Of a stretch of 64,000 nucleotides of DNA, positions 37,397-49,397 are shown in pieces. A program made the translations under genes and the position numbers. This stretch comes from Octopus sinensis (taxonomy: Eukaryota). Each line of letters starts with the position of its first letter. The first letter of the stretch is position 1. The notes beneath the pieces are model-generated. The model was not told where the DNA came from. It saw nothing but the letters and a program-made list of their open reading frames with translations, and did not search any database. The DNA is taken from assembly GCF_006345805.1 (NCBI RefSeq), contig NW_021835979.1, positions 1 to 64,000 of the forward strand. The letters are read 5' to 3'.

Positions 37397-38153
37397 CAAA
37401 ATTGGGGTTAATAAACATTAACTAACACAATTCAAGTTACAATTGCGATGTCACCATATCTTCAGCGAAAATTCTTGAGTAGGCGATATTTCCTTTTCTC
37501 GCTTCCATGATTTTCGCGTATGAAATCTTTGGGTATCTACTCATCTATGAAGGTAGAGTACCCTCCTGCTCTCCACCAAATTATATCTATATACGTATTC
37601 ATATTACTTATTTATAGAAACTCCGATGCCATAAATAAGTGCCTGCCAGTCCATCATATATTTTATCTTCATTTTCATTTGCTTGCCCTGTTTCCTATAG
37701 ACAACATTGATTTTTTGGATTGTCTCCCAAAATTTAACGCAGGATTTTAAGGATTTTATTTAGTCTGAGCACTAATCTGTCCGTTTCTATTCTATAGTAC
37801 GCATTTTGAAGTATTCTTGTACGAAGGCTGGCGTGTTGAACCTCCGAAGTCACTGTCATCACTCTTGTAATAACCTTGTAAATATGTTCTCTACAAAAAT
37901 GTATTGAGTAATTTTTCAATCTAATGTAAAAAGGCCAAGTATATAGCACTTCCTCCGATGAAAACGAGTGTACTCAGAGTAGAATCTATCCGTCGTAGTC
38001 GAAAATAGACGAATGGTAATCTAAAATCGCTGGATTCTGGATCTCACAGACAAGGTGACGCTGTGGCGATGTGCCATCATCAGGGATCTGCTGTTGATTA
38101 CGGCAATGAGCGTATTAGTTGCTCTATAATTAAAACTACTCACATGTAATATC

Positions 38154-38571
38154 TATTTCTTTGCTACCCACAAGGGGCTAAACACAGAGTGGACAAACAA
38201 GGACAGACACACGGATTAAGTCGATTACATCGACCTCAGTGCGTAACTGGTACTTATTTAATCGACCCCAAAAGGATGAAAGGCAAAGTTGAACTCGGCG
38301 GAATTTGAACTCAGAACGTAGCGGCAGACGAAATACCTAATTTCTTTAGTACCTACAAGGGGCTAAACACAGAGGGGACAAACAAGGACAGACAAACAGA
38401 TTAAATCAATTATATCGACCCCAGTGCGCAACTGGTACTTATTTAATCGACCCCAAAAGGATGAAAGGCAAAGTCGAACTCGGCGGAATTTGAACTCAGA
38501 ACGTAACGGCAGACGAAATACGGCTTCGCATTTCGCCCGGCGTGCTAACGTTTCTACCAGCTCGCCGCCTT
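38154..38571 (-). mobile_element. SINE group C dimer
   Basis: One head, two bodies; 20-bp TSD aactactcacatgtaatatc (38134-38153 / 38572-38591). Confidence 0.95.
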
Positions 38572-39099
38572 AACTACTCACATGTAATATCGTGTATGCT
38601 TTCGACTATTCGATGTTCCGTGTTTGTGGTCGAATATTCCATTGTCATAAGTAACTTTATTCTAATTTGCAGCTAGAAGCTGTATAGTGCTCTGCGTCTG
38701 TGTGACAGTGTTAGTTCAATTCCTCTGACGGGCTCCAAGGCAATTTCTGCCTGCCTAGTTTTACTATCAAGTGTTGAGTCGATTCAAAGTTATGGTCGAA
38801 TACATTTTCGTGAGTTGCTTTGCAATGGGATTGAACCTAGAACATCAGAACTATAACGAGAACTTTTGAATAGTTCGGTCATGCCCCGCCCCACACGTGT
38901 CGATTTACCATAAAGGACTTTAAATTGTTTATAATGGTGACGATAAGGATGATGATGGTGGAGAGGAAAGGGGGGGGTAGTGTGAAAAGGAGGAAGAGAA
39001 TAATATTTACGGTAACGACGAGTAGGAAGATGAACCGGAAGAAGAGGATAATGATTATGACGATGGCTACGACGCCAATGCTGCTGCTGCTGCTGCTGT

Positions 39100-39171
<72 letters not shown>

Positions 39172-39955
39172 GTTTGCGGATAATGACGAGAACGATGAGG
39201 AAAATAATAATGATAATGAAAGTATAAATTATTTATACAATGTAAGATATCAAATATTTATAAAATAGAGCAAGCGAAGGAGACAGTTCCAGGCTCTGGA
39301 GACTTGTTTATGTAACAACGAAACCGTTTGGTTCGATACTCAACCCGACCTTCCGAAAATGTCGCCGTGGGGTTAATTTCATTATAGAGTGACTTAATAG
39401 GAAAAGTATATGACTGTGCAAATTTTATTTATTCATGAGCCCCATCCCCCACCCTGTATGGTACTCTTAGTAATTATAGCTTACTGTAAAAACACAGTTT
39501 TATATACGAATTTCTTTTCACTAGATACTGCGTCTGACGTGTAAAACCGAGACATTTATAGACATCCGAATCAATTACACTAAATTACTTCTATTTATTT
39601 TATCGTCTACGTCGGGAATAAAAGTGAAGTCAACCATTGTTTGATTCCGCCAATAAAGTACTTAGCAAGAGACAATAAAATATTCAGTCTGGCCGTAATT
39701 TCATTCGGACAATTCACTCATTGTGTTATATATTTCATATAATCTTCCAAGCGTTCTCTAATAGTGCTTCATTAATACCGGAAATGCCTTGAAAGACATC
39801 ATAGAATAATAAAAAAAAAAAAGTGAGTATTTGCTGATGGACGTTTCTTATGCAATGACTACTTTTTGTCATCTGTCTCTCATAATGTTTAGATACAAAT
39901 ATAGAAATCTTTACTAGTTCTCACCTCTTAGTTAACACCACATTAGATATGATAT

Positions 39956-40346
39956 TGGAGGCGCAATGGCCCGTGGTTAGGGCAGCGGACTCGCGGTCAT
40001 AGGATCGCGGTTTCGATTCCCAGACCGGGCGTTGTGAGTGTTTATTGAGCGAAAACACCTAAAAGCTCCACGAGGCTCTGGCGGGGGATGGCGGTGATCC
40101 CTGCTGTACTCTTTCACCACAACTTTCTCTCACTCTTACTTCCTGTTTCTGTTGTACCTGTATTTCAAGGGGCCGGCCTTGTCACTCTCTGTGTCACGCT
40201 GAATATCCCCGAGAACTACGTCAAGGGTACACGTGTCTGTGGAGTGCTCAGCCACTTACACGTTAATTTCACGAGCAGGCTGTTCCGTTGATTCGGATCA
40301 ACCGGAACCCTCATCGTCGTAACCGACGGAGTGCTTCCATCCATCC
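39956..40346 (+). mobile_element. SINE group A with (TCCA)n tail
   Basis: TSD agatatgatatt. Confidence 0.95.
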
Positions 40347-40419
40347 AGATATGATATTATTCCAAAAGTAAATCTGACCTGCTAGATCCTAGTAAACGTT
40401 AATATTATATTTTGATATA

Positions 40420-40640
40420 AGGTGGTGAGCTGGCAGAACCGTTACCGTACCCGACAAAATGCTTAGCAGCATTTCGTCCGTTTCTACGTCCTCAGTTTAA
40501 ATTCTGCCGAGATCGACTTTGCTTTCATCCTTTTGGGGGTCGATAAAACAAGTACCAGTCATGTACTGGGATCAATGTAATCGACTTACCCTCCCCTCCT
40601 AGAAATTGCTGGCCTTGTGCCAAAACTTCAAACCAATATT
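40420..40640 (+). mobile_element. SINE group C (tail Y)
   Basis: Diverged head and Nin/Deu-like domain. Confidence 0.8.
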
Positions 40641-40717
40641 ATAGTTTGATATCTGAATTCATCGCATCGGCACTGAACTTTCCTATTATGGTATCTCTCT
40701 TTGTATATAGATTCCAT

Positions 40718-41000
40718 AAGGCGCATGGGTTAGTGGTTAGGGCGTTGTACTCAAGATTGCGAGATCCTGGTTTCGATTTCCAGCCTGGGCGTTGCGTTGT
40801 GTTCTTGACCAAAAATCTTCGTTTCCCGTTCCTCTACGATCACTTCATCTGAAATGTGGCATGTCATGCACCTATACAGGCAGTGACGATTTGATGGAAA
40901 GAGTGAGCGTATGCGAATAGAAACATTTGATCACTATAAACAAATCATCTGTGTGGTTGTTCTGCAAGAACTTGCAGAACCCTCATACGTCGTCTAAGGT
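40718..41000 (+). mobile_element. SINE group D head with a third 3' module
   Basis: tRNA head, gcgttgtgttcttgacc.., tail unlike 33471 or 25535. Confidence 0.65.
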
Positions 41001-41012
41001 GGGAGAGTCCGT

Positions 41013-41375
41013 TGTATGTATGTATGTATGTATGTATGTATTATGTATGTATGTATGTTGTATGTATGTATGTATGTATGTATGTATGTATTATGTATGT
41101 ATGTAGTATGTATGTATTATGTATGTATGTATGTATGTATGTATGTATTATGTATGTATGTTGTATGTATGTATGTATGTATGTAGTATGTATGTATGTT
41201 ATGTATGTATGTATGTATGTATGTATGTATGTATGTATGTATGTATGTATGTATGTATGTTATGTATGTATGTATGTATGTATGTATGTATGTATGTATG
41301 TATGTATGTATGTATGTATGTACGAATGAATGTACGTATGTATGTATGTATGTATGTATGTATGTATGTATGTAT
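41013..41375. repeat. (TATG)n array
   Basis: Direct. Confidence 0.95.
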
Positions 41376-41459
41376 TGTTATGCTAGAGTACTACGACGCC
41401 TCCTGACAAGAATGGACTGGACTACTACATATAAATAGTAGCAGTCTGAGTAAGTGAGT

Positions 41460-42792
41460 TAGTTGACGAGGACCTACAGAGGGTAGGTGAGACCCTAAAG
41501 GATCACGAAGCGGTAGCAGGAGCAAGAATTAACGTGGATAAGTTGGTCGGCTTGCAGCTCGGCACCTGGAGAGGCAAGTCGATGCTGTCTAACAGCGTCG
41601 TCAGGTGCTAGAGAGATGGTCCAGTGAAAATGCTTGGGGTCTGGTTTGGTCCAGACCTCCAGATAGATAAGAATTGGAGCGAGGTTACGGGCAGGGTGGC
41701 ATCCACAACTCAGACCTAGTTTGGGCGGAGGCAATCCCTGAAAGGGAGGGGAGAGATGGCAAATGTGCTTATCGCATCTGTCATTACCTACCGCCTAACC
41801 GTCGTGCCGTGCCCCGATTCGTGGCTAAACAAGCTGGAACGCATGCTCTTTCACTCGTGGGAGGGCAGGCTGCCAACAGCCACTAAAGGGTGGGTTAGAG
41901 ATGCCATGGCTAAAGATGTGCAGGCATGCGCTGAGGTTGAGGCATCTCTGACTCTACCTGGACGGTGAGCGGGTGTGGTCTCTATTCGTTGATGAGATAT
42001 TTCCCAAGTAGTGGAGGCTCAATGGCCCAGTGGTTAGGGCAGCGGACTCGCGGTCATAGGATCGCGGTTTCGATTCCCAGACCGGACGTTGTGAGTGTTT
42101 ATTGAGCGAAAACACCTAAAGCTCCACGAAGCTCCGGCAGGGATGTTGGTGATCCCTGCTGTACTCTTTCACCACAACTTTCTCTCACTCTTACTTCCTG
42201 TTTCTGTTGTACCTGTATTTCAAAGGGCCGGCCTTGTCACTCTCTGTGTCATGCTGAATATCCCCGAGAACTACATTAAGGGTACATGTGTCTGTGGAGT
42301 GCTCAGCCACTTACACGTTAATTTCACGAGCAGGCTGTTCCGTTGATTCGGATCAACCGAACCCTCATCGTCGTAACCGACGGAGTGCTTCCATTTCCCA
42401 AGTTCACCTCTTTTGGTGAACTGGAATGCTGAATCAGACGTAGTCCAAGGCTGGGAGCTTGGCAAGCAGAGTGTCGACAGGCGCTCGTGCTTTTCTCCCG
42501 AACAAGGAATGCTGCAAGAGGGGGTATCACCTCGGCGTACTATAGAGGACTCGTAGAAGGCAAGTGTGATGATGGCCTGGGGAGAATCTGGGTTTCGATG
42601 AAAGTCTGCTTGCCAACCCGCATCGAAAGACTTTCGACCCGGGACCTATGGACAATTTCCGGAGGTCCCTGGCTTAAATGTGCTTCCGAAGTGCCCTGCC
42701 AGTTCGGGATAAACTCGCGAGGCATGGCGTCACGGTTTCGCCTACGTGCCCACGTTGTGAGCAGAGTAACGAAAGTGTTCTGCATGCAACCA
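41460..42792 (+). mobile_element. L1/Tx1-clade LINE ORF2 fragment
   Basis: VGETLKDHEAVAGARIN..GTWRG..KMLGVWFGPDLQ..SLKGR..YRL; ALPVRDKL; CPRCEQSNESVLH zinc knuckle. Confidence 0.85.
42011..42392 (+). mobile_element. SINE group A
   Basis: TSD atttcccaagt. Confidence 0.95.
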
Positions 42793-43640
42793 TACAGTTC
42801 CCTCTCCAATTCCTTCCCCCCGACTCGCAGGTCTACATTTAGAGAGGTACCATCCACTCTTGCCATTTTCGCAACTTTCACCCACCTTTCACTAAGCACT
42901 CTCAATTTCCTTTTCAAGTGAAACGTGAAAAAGTCAATACTAAAGAGGAATGTATCTGTTCTCACTAAACAACCTCTTTCGCCATAGGCAAAGGAAAACT
43001 GCTTTGCCTGCTCGATTGAAGGAGGGCAGTGATGCGTTCATTACTACAGACTCAATGGAGGCGCAATGGCCCAGTGGTTAGGGCAGCGGACTCGCGGTCA
43101 TAGGATCGCGGTTTCGATTCCCAGACCGGGCGTTGTGAGTGTTTATTGAGCGAAAACACCTAAAGCTCCACGAGGCTCCGGCGGGGATGGCGGTGATCCC
43201 TGCTGTACTCTTTCACCACAACTTTCTCTCACTCTTACTTCCTGTTTCTGTTGTACCTGTATTTCAAAGGGCCGGCCTTGTCACTCTCTGTGTCACGCTG
43301 AATATCCCCGAGAACTATGTTAAGGGTACACGTGTCTGTGGAGTGCTCAGCCACTTACACGTTAATTTCACGAGCAGGCTGTTCCGTTGATTCGGATCAA
43401 CCGGAACCCTCATCGTCGTAACCGACGGAGTGCTTCCACTACAGACTCAGCCGACAGACGGATTCGTCCACACGTGACAGCAGTTAACAATGTCCAGACA
43501 TTGAACGAGGGCATGCAAAACGGTTTCGGCACTCTGCGCGCTCCTCAGATAAGTCCGTCTGTAGAGTTTATCTCGGACCGGTAGCGCCTCCCGGTAGCAC
43601 TGGAAATTATCCATGATAGTTCCTAACAAAAAAGTCTTCA
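42793..43640 (-). mobile_element. Second L1/Tx1 copy, 3' part (continues at 47291-47865)
   Basis: MDNFQCYREALPVRDKL..ETVLHALVQC..FHLKRKLRV..ERWVKVAKMARVDGTSL. Confidence 0.85.
43056..43437 (+). mobile_element. SINE group A
   Basis: TSD actacagactca. Confidence 0.95.
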
Positions 43641-44312
43641 AACCGTGCGCCTCGCAAAAGTAAGTTTATGTTTCAAATTATAAAAAATACAAACCGAAAG
43701 TTCTTATGCAAATGTCAAAGTAGCAAAAAATTAAATACTAATTGAGAGATGGTTGTGTCATTCAGTTCATTTAGGCAAATTATGGTATGACAGTGTTATT
43801 CAATTTTGAATCTGAAATTTCATGAGAATAAAAACTAAATTAGCATCAATCTATCTTCGAAATTGAAGTCTTATGGACATATTCAGTGCACGACTATGTT
43901 TCGGTCGTAGCCTCAGCAATTTTCATTTCAATAATAACTATGAGAAATAAGCTATTGAACTAAAATATACGATGTTGAACTAAATCTTTTAATACGTCCT
44001 CACCTGTTGCTGCTGTATTTCAATTTAGTTTTCAATCATAAAGTGGCGAAAATTTTCAGCTTTTCAATTAATTTTGAAAGATTTCTCAAAAGAGTCCGAG
44101 ACCGTCACACGCTTCCACTTTTCACAGCTCACTGGTCACTTGTCTCAGTTTCACTCTATTAGTAATCTGTGCTCTTTGTTGCACGACAATTCATATTAAC
44201 AGACTAAATTACTCATAAAATGGCAAAGTTTATTAAGAGAAAATATAACCGTGACGACTATGAATCTGAAAGTGAGCGTTCGTCAAAAGTAATTAAGAGT
44301 AGTAATAATAAT

Positions 44313-44702
44313 GTGGAGGCGCAATGGCCCACTGGTTAGGGCAGCGGACTCGCGGTCGTAGGATCGCGGTTTCGATTCCCAGACCGGGCGTTGTGTGTGT
44401 TTATTGAGCGAAAACACCTAAAGCTCCACAAGGCTCCGGAAGGGGATGGTGGTGACCCCTGCTGTACTCTTTCACCACAACTTTCTGTCAATCTTACTTC
44501 CTGTTTCTGTTGTACCTGTATTTCAAAGGGCCGGCCTTGACACTCTCTGTGTCACGCTGAATATCCCCGAGAACTACGTTAAAGGTACACGTGTCTGTGG
44601 AGTGCTCAGCCACTTACACGTTAATTTCACGAGCAGGCTGTTCCGTTGATTCGGATCAACCGGAACCCTCATCGTCGTAACCGACGGAGTGCTTCCAAAT
44701 CC
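44313..44702 (+). mobile_element. SINE group A inside hAT
   Basis: Imperfect TSD agta(g/t)taataataatg. Confidence 0.95.
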
Positions 44703-44711
44703 AGTATTAAT

Positions 44712-44849
44712 AATAATGCGAAAGCTATCGCGCCGTGTGTCTAGAGTAGAAAAGAATAATGCGAAAGCTATCGCGCCGTGTGTCTAGAGTAGAAAAGAAT
44801 AATGCGAAAGCTATCGCGCCGTGTGTCTAGAGTAGAAAAGAATAATGCG
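44712..44849 (+). repeat. Three perfect 43-bp tandem units plus 9 bp
   Basis: aataatgcgaaagctatcgcgccgtgtgtctagagtagaaaag x3. Confidence 0.95.
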
Positions 44850-46050
44850 GAAGCTTGACCCAATCGTAAATATTGTTATAGCTATTTAAAGTTTGGGCTT
44901 CATTGGCTGGCAATGTGTGTTGTTTGTGGTGCAATGATGTTTAACGAAGGCATGTTGCTTAGCAAGTTGAAAAGACATTTTACAGCTAAATACTCATCTT
45001 CAATGTACAGATCTGAATTATTTCCAAAGACTGCTAGAAACTATTTTGAGAAAAGGATGAATGCTTCTAAAAAGGCTCAAATTGCTTCTATTGAGATAGC
45101 CGAAATGATTGCACTACAAACGAAATCGCATACTTTAACCGAGCCGATTATCTTACCCGCTTGTAGAAAGATGGTTAAAACCATGTTAGGTGATGAAATC
45201 GAGCAAGGAATAAGCAAGATTCCGCTCTCAAATAATACAATCCAAAATGAGAATTATGGATTTATCTGCTGATACAGAGGAAAATGTACAGAACAAACTT
45301 CAGAACTCAGAATTTGCTCTACAGGTTGGCGAATCAACTGACATTAGCAACAAAGCACACATACATTTGTTCGCTTTATTGATGGTAACCAAATCATAAA
45401 TCACTTCTTTTGTTGCGAAGAAATGCTACTCACTACAAGAGGTCAAGATATTTTTGACATTTTATCTGCCTACCTCGTAAAATACAATTTATCCTTGAAT
45501 TCATGTGTTGGAATATGTATCGATAGAGCACCATCTACGATAGACTCTATTAAAGGTTTTGTATCGCTCGTACAACAGCAAAATCCTAATGTTACACATA
45601 GTCATTGCTTCCTACATAGGGAGGTAGTAGTTTCAAAAACAATACCAGTTGCGTTAAAACAAGTATTAAACCAAGTTGTTGAAATGGTTAATTATATTAA
45701 AAGTAGGCCGTTGAAGGGTTGCTTATTTGAACAAATTTGTGTGGATATGGATTCCCAGCACAAACGCTTACTTTTACACACAAAAGTCAGATGGCTCTCA
45801 AAAGGTAAGGTGCTACATCGCATACTTGAACTCCAGAAGGAATTGCATGCATTTTTTAAAGAAGAAAAACATGAATGCTTCTTGGAATATCTACAATGTG
45901 AATTTTGGGTTTCCAATCTGGAATATTTAACTGAGATATTTGCACAACTTAATAGCGTCAACACAGGTATGCAAGGTAGAGATGAAAACACTCTCACTTC
46001 GACAGATAAGCTGGTTTCATTTAAAAAGAAAGTTGCAATCTGGATAAATA

Positions 46051-46256
46051 TATTTCTTTATTGCCCACAAGGGGCTAAACATAGAGGGGACAAACAAGGA
46101 CAGACAAAGGGATTAAGTCGATTAGATCAACCCCAGTGCGTAACTGGTACTTAATTTATCGAACCCCGAAAGGATGAAAGGCAAAGTCGACCTCGGTGGA
46201 ATTTGAACTCACAACGTAACGGCAGACGAAATACTGCTAAGCATTTCGCCCGGCGT
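46051..46256 (-). mobile_element. 5'-truncated SINE group C inside hAT
   Basis: TSD gataaata; removal restores WINRVEGGNFEM. Confidence 0.95.
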
Positions 46257-46842
46257 GATAAATAGAGTTGAAGGTGGTAACTTCGAAATGCTTCCCTTAA
46301 TACGTAAAAGCTGCATAAAAGAAATGAATCCTACTGTATTTGAACATTTGACAAATCTGGAACACAGAATATGATTGGGTTCCGAATCCCTTCATAAAAA
46401 TTCCATCTAATATTGGTCTGAAAATATGTGAAGAAGAGAAATTGTCATCTATATCTAGTGATCATGGACTTAAAAATCAAGTATGCTGAGTTAACTATTG
46501 ATACATTTTGGATTGCTATTATAGGAGGATACCCCTCGGTAGCAAAAAAAAAAATGCCTTATCAGTTTCGATGTAGTTTTTCACATCGTATTTATGTGAG
46601 TTGAGATTTTCAACCCTCAATAATCTCAAATCCACACACTCCCCACAAAAAAAAAAAAAAAAAGAGAGAGGCTCCGTTGCATCGAAGAAGACATATTCTT
46701 TCACGAATATGTCCCAATATTGAAAACGTTTCCAAAAAACATCAAGTGCATCTTTCTCATTGATAACTTTGTTTCATGTATTGAACAAAGAATAAGTACC
46801 TGCAATTTTTCTCTATTTTTAATTATCTATATATTGCTTTAT

Positions 46843-47148
46843 GTGGAGGCGCAATGGCCCAGTGGTTAGGGCAGCGGACTCGCGGTCGCAGGATCGCGGT
46901 TTCGAATCCCAGACCGGGCGTTGTGAGTGTTTTTTGAGCGAAAACACCTAAAAGCTCCACGAGGCTCCGGCAGGGGGTGGTGATCCCTGCTGTACTCTTT
47001 CACCACACTTTCTCCCACTCTTACTTCTGTTGGCCTGCTCACTTAGCCAGCGAGGTGGCGTCATTCGAAGGCTAAAAAACAATGCGAACGCATTGTGACC
47101 AGCGATGTGTAACAACATCTGATGGTCTGGTCGGTCACGTGTCACGTG
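46843..47148 (+). mobile_element. SINE group A head with a third 3' module
   Basis: A head and body to ctcttacttc then tgttggcctgctcacttagccagcg..ggtcacgtgtcacgtgata. Confidence 0.9.
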
Positions 47149-47290
47149 ATATATTGCTTTATAGTTTATGCTATGTCAATATGTATAAAATCCTTTTTGA
47201 ATAAATTTTAGAATCTATGTCAAAGTGCGCCAAAATATTCTGGCTTCTTGTAAAGTGCGCCGTGAGTAAAAAAACGTTTGGGAACCACTG

Positions 47291-47865
47291 GACTAGCCAG
47301 TTCGTTATCGTCGGCGCCCACAGTCTCCCCGAGAATGTCGTCGCACTTTCCCGCCACTAATCTTTAAATATGAAAGTGAAGTTGTGTGTCTGTCTCCTAC
47401 GATTTAGATTCCTAACTACTCCCACATTTTGCGGTGCAGTTTAACCCAAACCGGGTATCTTATAGTCGTGATTCATATCGAGCCCTTCTGGGTATTAGCG
47501 CGCGTCTACGAAGAGTCTACGATTTAAAAAAAAAATTACCATAATTTTTTTCCATTTTAATGTATTTTTTCGCTATTATATAAGGGAAGTAACTCTCTAA
47601 AAATGTCTACGATGAGTCAACGATTTAAAAAAAAATTTACCATAATTTTTTTTCCATTTTTAGTGCATTTTTTTCTATTTTTTGGCTATAACTCTCTAAA
47701 AATGCTTACATAGTTATTTCCCTTACAAACCCGAGCAACGCCGGGCGATACTGCTAGTCCTCCATAAATTTCTAAAGCGGAACAACCACCCGACTGGTAG
47801 AGGGTTGTGAGCGCCTGGCGACAATCTAGGTGCCAGGCGCGCAGTCTCGGTCTTTTCTTCAAACA
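47291..47865 (-). mobile_element. L1/Tx1 second copy, upstream part, split by a Helitron
   Basis: KKRPRLRAWHLDCRQAL..IYGG|LVAGKCDDILGETVGADDNELAS aligns to plus copy PRLGAWQAECRQAL..GLVEGKCDD. Confidence 0.85.
47361..47757 (+). mobile_element. Non-autonomous Helitron, copy 2, with internal about 100-bp duplication
   Basis: A|TC start, hairpin, CTAG|T end. Confidence 0.9.
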
Positions 47866-47989
47866 ACAAGAACAACAACAATAAATCAACAACAACTGAA
47901 TGTTGATGATGATGATGACGATGAGAATAATGATAAAGATGAAGATGGTGATAATAAGAACAATGACAATTATAATATTGGTTTCAAAA

Positions 47990-48145
47990 TTTGCGTTCTG
48001 AGGTCAAATTCCGCCGAGGTCGAGTTTGCCTTTCATTCTTTCGGAGTCGATAAATTAAGTACCAGTTGCGTACTGGGATCGATCTAATCGAATGGCTCCC
48101 TCATCCAAAATTTCGGGCCTTGTGCTTAGAGTAGAAAAGAATATT
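47990..48145 (+). mobile_element. SINE group C body with tail Y
   Basis: Ends cgggccttgtgcttagagtagaaaagaata. Confidence 0.85.
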
Positions 48146-48148
48146 AAA

Positions 48149-48730
48149 GGTGGTGAGCTGCCAGAGACGTTAGTACGCCGGGTGAAATGCTTAGCGGTAT
48201 TTTGTCTGCCGCTACGTTCTGAGTTCAATTTCCGCCGAGGTCGACTTTGCCTTTCATCCTTTCGGGGTCGATTAAATAAGTACCAGCTACGCACTGGGGT
48301 CGATATAATCGACTTAATCCGTTTGTCTGTCCTTGTTTGTCCTCTCTGTGTTTAGCCCCTTGTGGGTAGTAAAGAAATAGGTATTTCGTTTGCCGTTACA
48401 TTCTGAGTTCAAATTCCGCCGGGTCGACTTTGCCTTTCATCCTTTCGGGGTCGATTAAAAAGTACCAGCTACGCACTGGGGTCGATATAATCGACTTAAT
48501 CCGTTGTCCTGTCCTTGTTTGTCCTCTCTGTGTTTAGCCCCTTGTGGGTAGTAAAGAAATAGGTATTTCGTTTGCCGTTACATTCTGAGTTCAAATTCCG
48601 CCGAGGTCGACTTTGCCTTTCATCCTTTCGGGGTCGATAAATTAAGTACCAGTTGCGTACTGGGGTCGATCTAATCGTCTGGCCCCCTGTCCAAAAATTT
48701 CAGTCTTTGTGCCTACAGAAGAAAAGAATA
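48149..48730 (+). mobile_element. SINE group C trimer (head, body X, body X, body Y)
   Basis: Junction aaagaaataggtatttcg at about 48380 and 48562. Confidence 0.9.
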
Positions 48731-48739
48731 CTGGTTTCA

Positions 48740-48948
48740 AATTTTGGCACAGGGCCAGCAGTTTTATTGAGCGGAGGAGCAAACTGATTGCATTGACCCA
48801 GTACTTGACTTGTACTTATTCTATCGACCCCGAAATGCTGAAAGTCAAAGTTGACTACAGCAGAATTTGAGCTCAGAGCAAAACGACGGACGAAATGCCG
48901 CTAAGTATGTTATCCAGCGTGTTAACGTTTCTGCCAGCCCACCACCTT
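48740..48948 (-). mobile_element. SINE group C, diverged
   Basis: Homology. Confidence 0.75.
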
Positions 48949-49199
48949 AATAATAACAAGAACAGCAACAACAATAATAAAACTCCTTTCTACTATGCCC
49001 AAGGTCTGAAATTTAGTGGGAGGAGACAAACATTTTGTGCGACGCGCTAATGATTCTGTCATCTTGTCGGCTTAAAAATAATGACAATGAAACCACAACA
49101 GCAACAATAACACTAATGATGATGATGATGATGTTGAAGAAGAGAAGAATCATGATGGTGACGAAGATGGTGATAATAATAACCGTCATAATTATAATG

Positions 49200-49225
49200 A
49201 TGGTTATTATTATTATTATTATTAA

Positions 49226-49273
<48 letters not shown>

Positions 49274-49332
49274 CATTATTATTATTATTATTATTATTAT
49301 AACATATTATTATTATTATTATTATTATTATA

Positions 49333-49395
<63 letters not shown>
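49200..49395. repeat. (TTA)n array
   Basis: Direct. Confidence 0.95.

Positions 49396-49397
<2 letters not shown>

Larger units (their letters stand above)
44220..46763 (+). pseudogene. hAT Buster-type (ZBED5/SCAND3-like) transposase pseudogene
   Basis: BED finger CVVCG..KLKRHF; KIPLSNNTI; ESTDISN; HCFLHRE; VRWLSKG; C-terminal HQVHLSH*; multiple frameshifts. Confidence 0.95.
43640..47290 (+). mobile_element. Buster/Charlie-type hAT transposon, dead, with three SINE insertions
   Basis: Right TIR gtttgggaaccactg then gactagcc (NNNTANNN); left end aaaccgtgcgcc with TIR start missing. Confidence 0.9.

Noticed and set aside
38060-38095. CUGAUGA-GGC-ACAUC-GCC on minus as a hammerhead
   Set aside because: No GAAA and no stem I
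44712-44849. 43-bp direct repeats as a CRISPR-like array
   Set aside because: Units are contiguous with no spacers; eukaryotic context, no cas genes
45423-46154. 243-aa ORF as a domesticated ZBED/SCAND gene
   Set aside because: One fragment of a multiply frameshifted hAT transposase; its last residues read into a SINE
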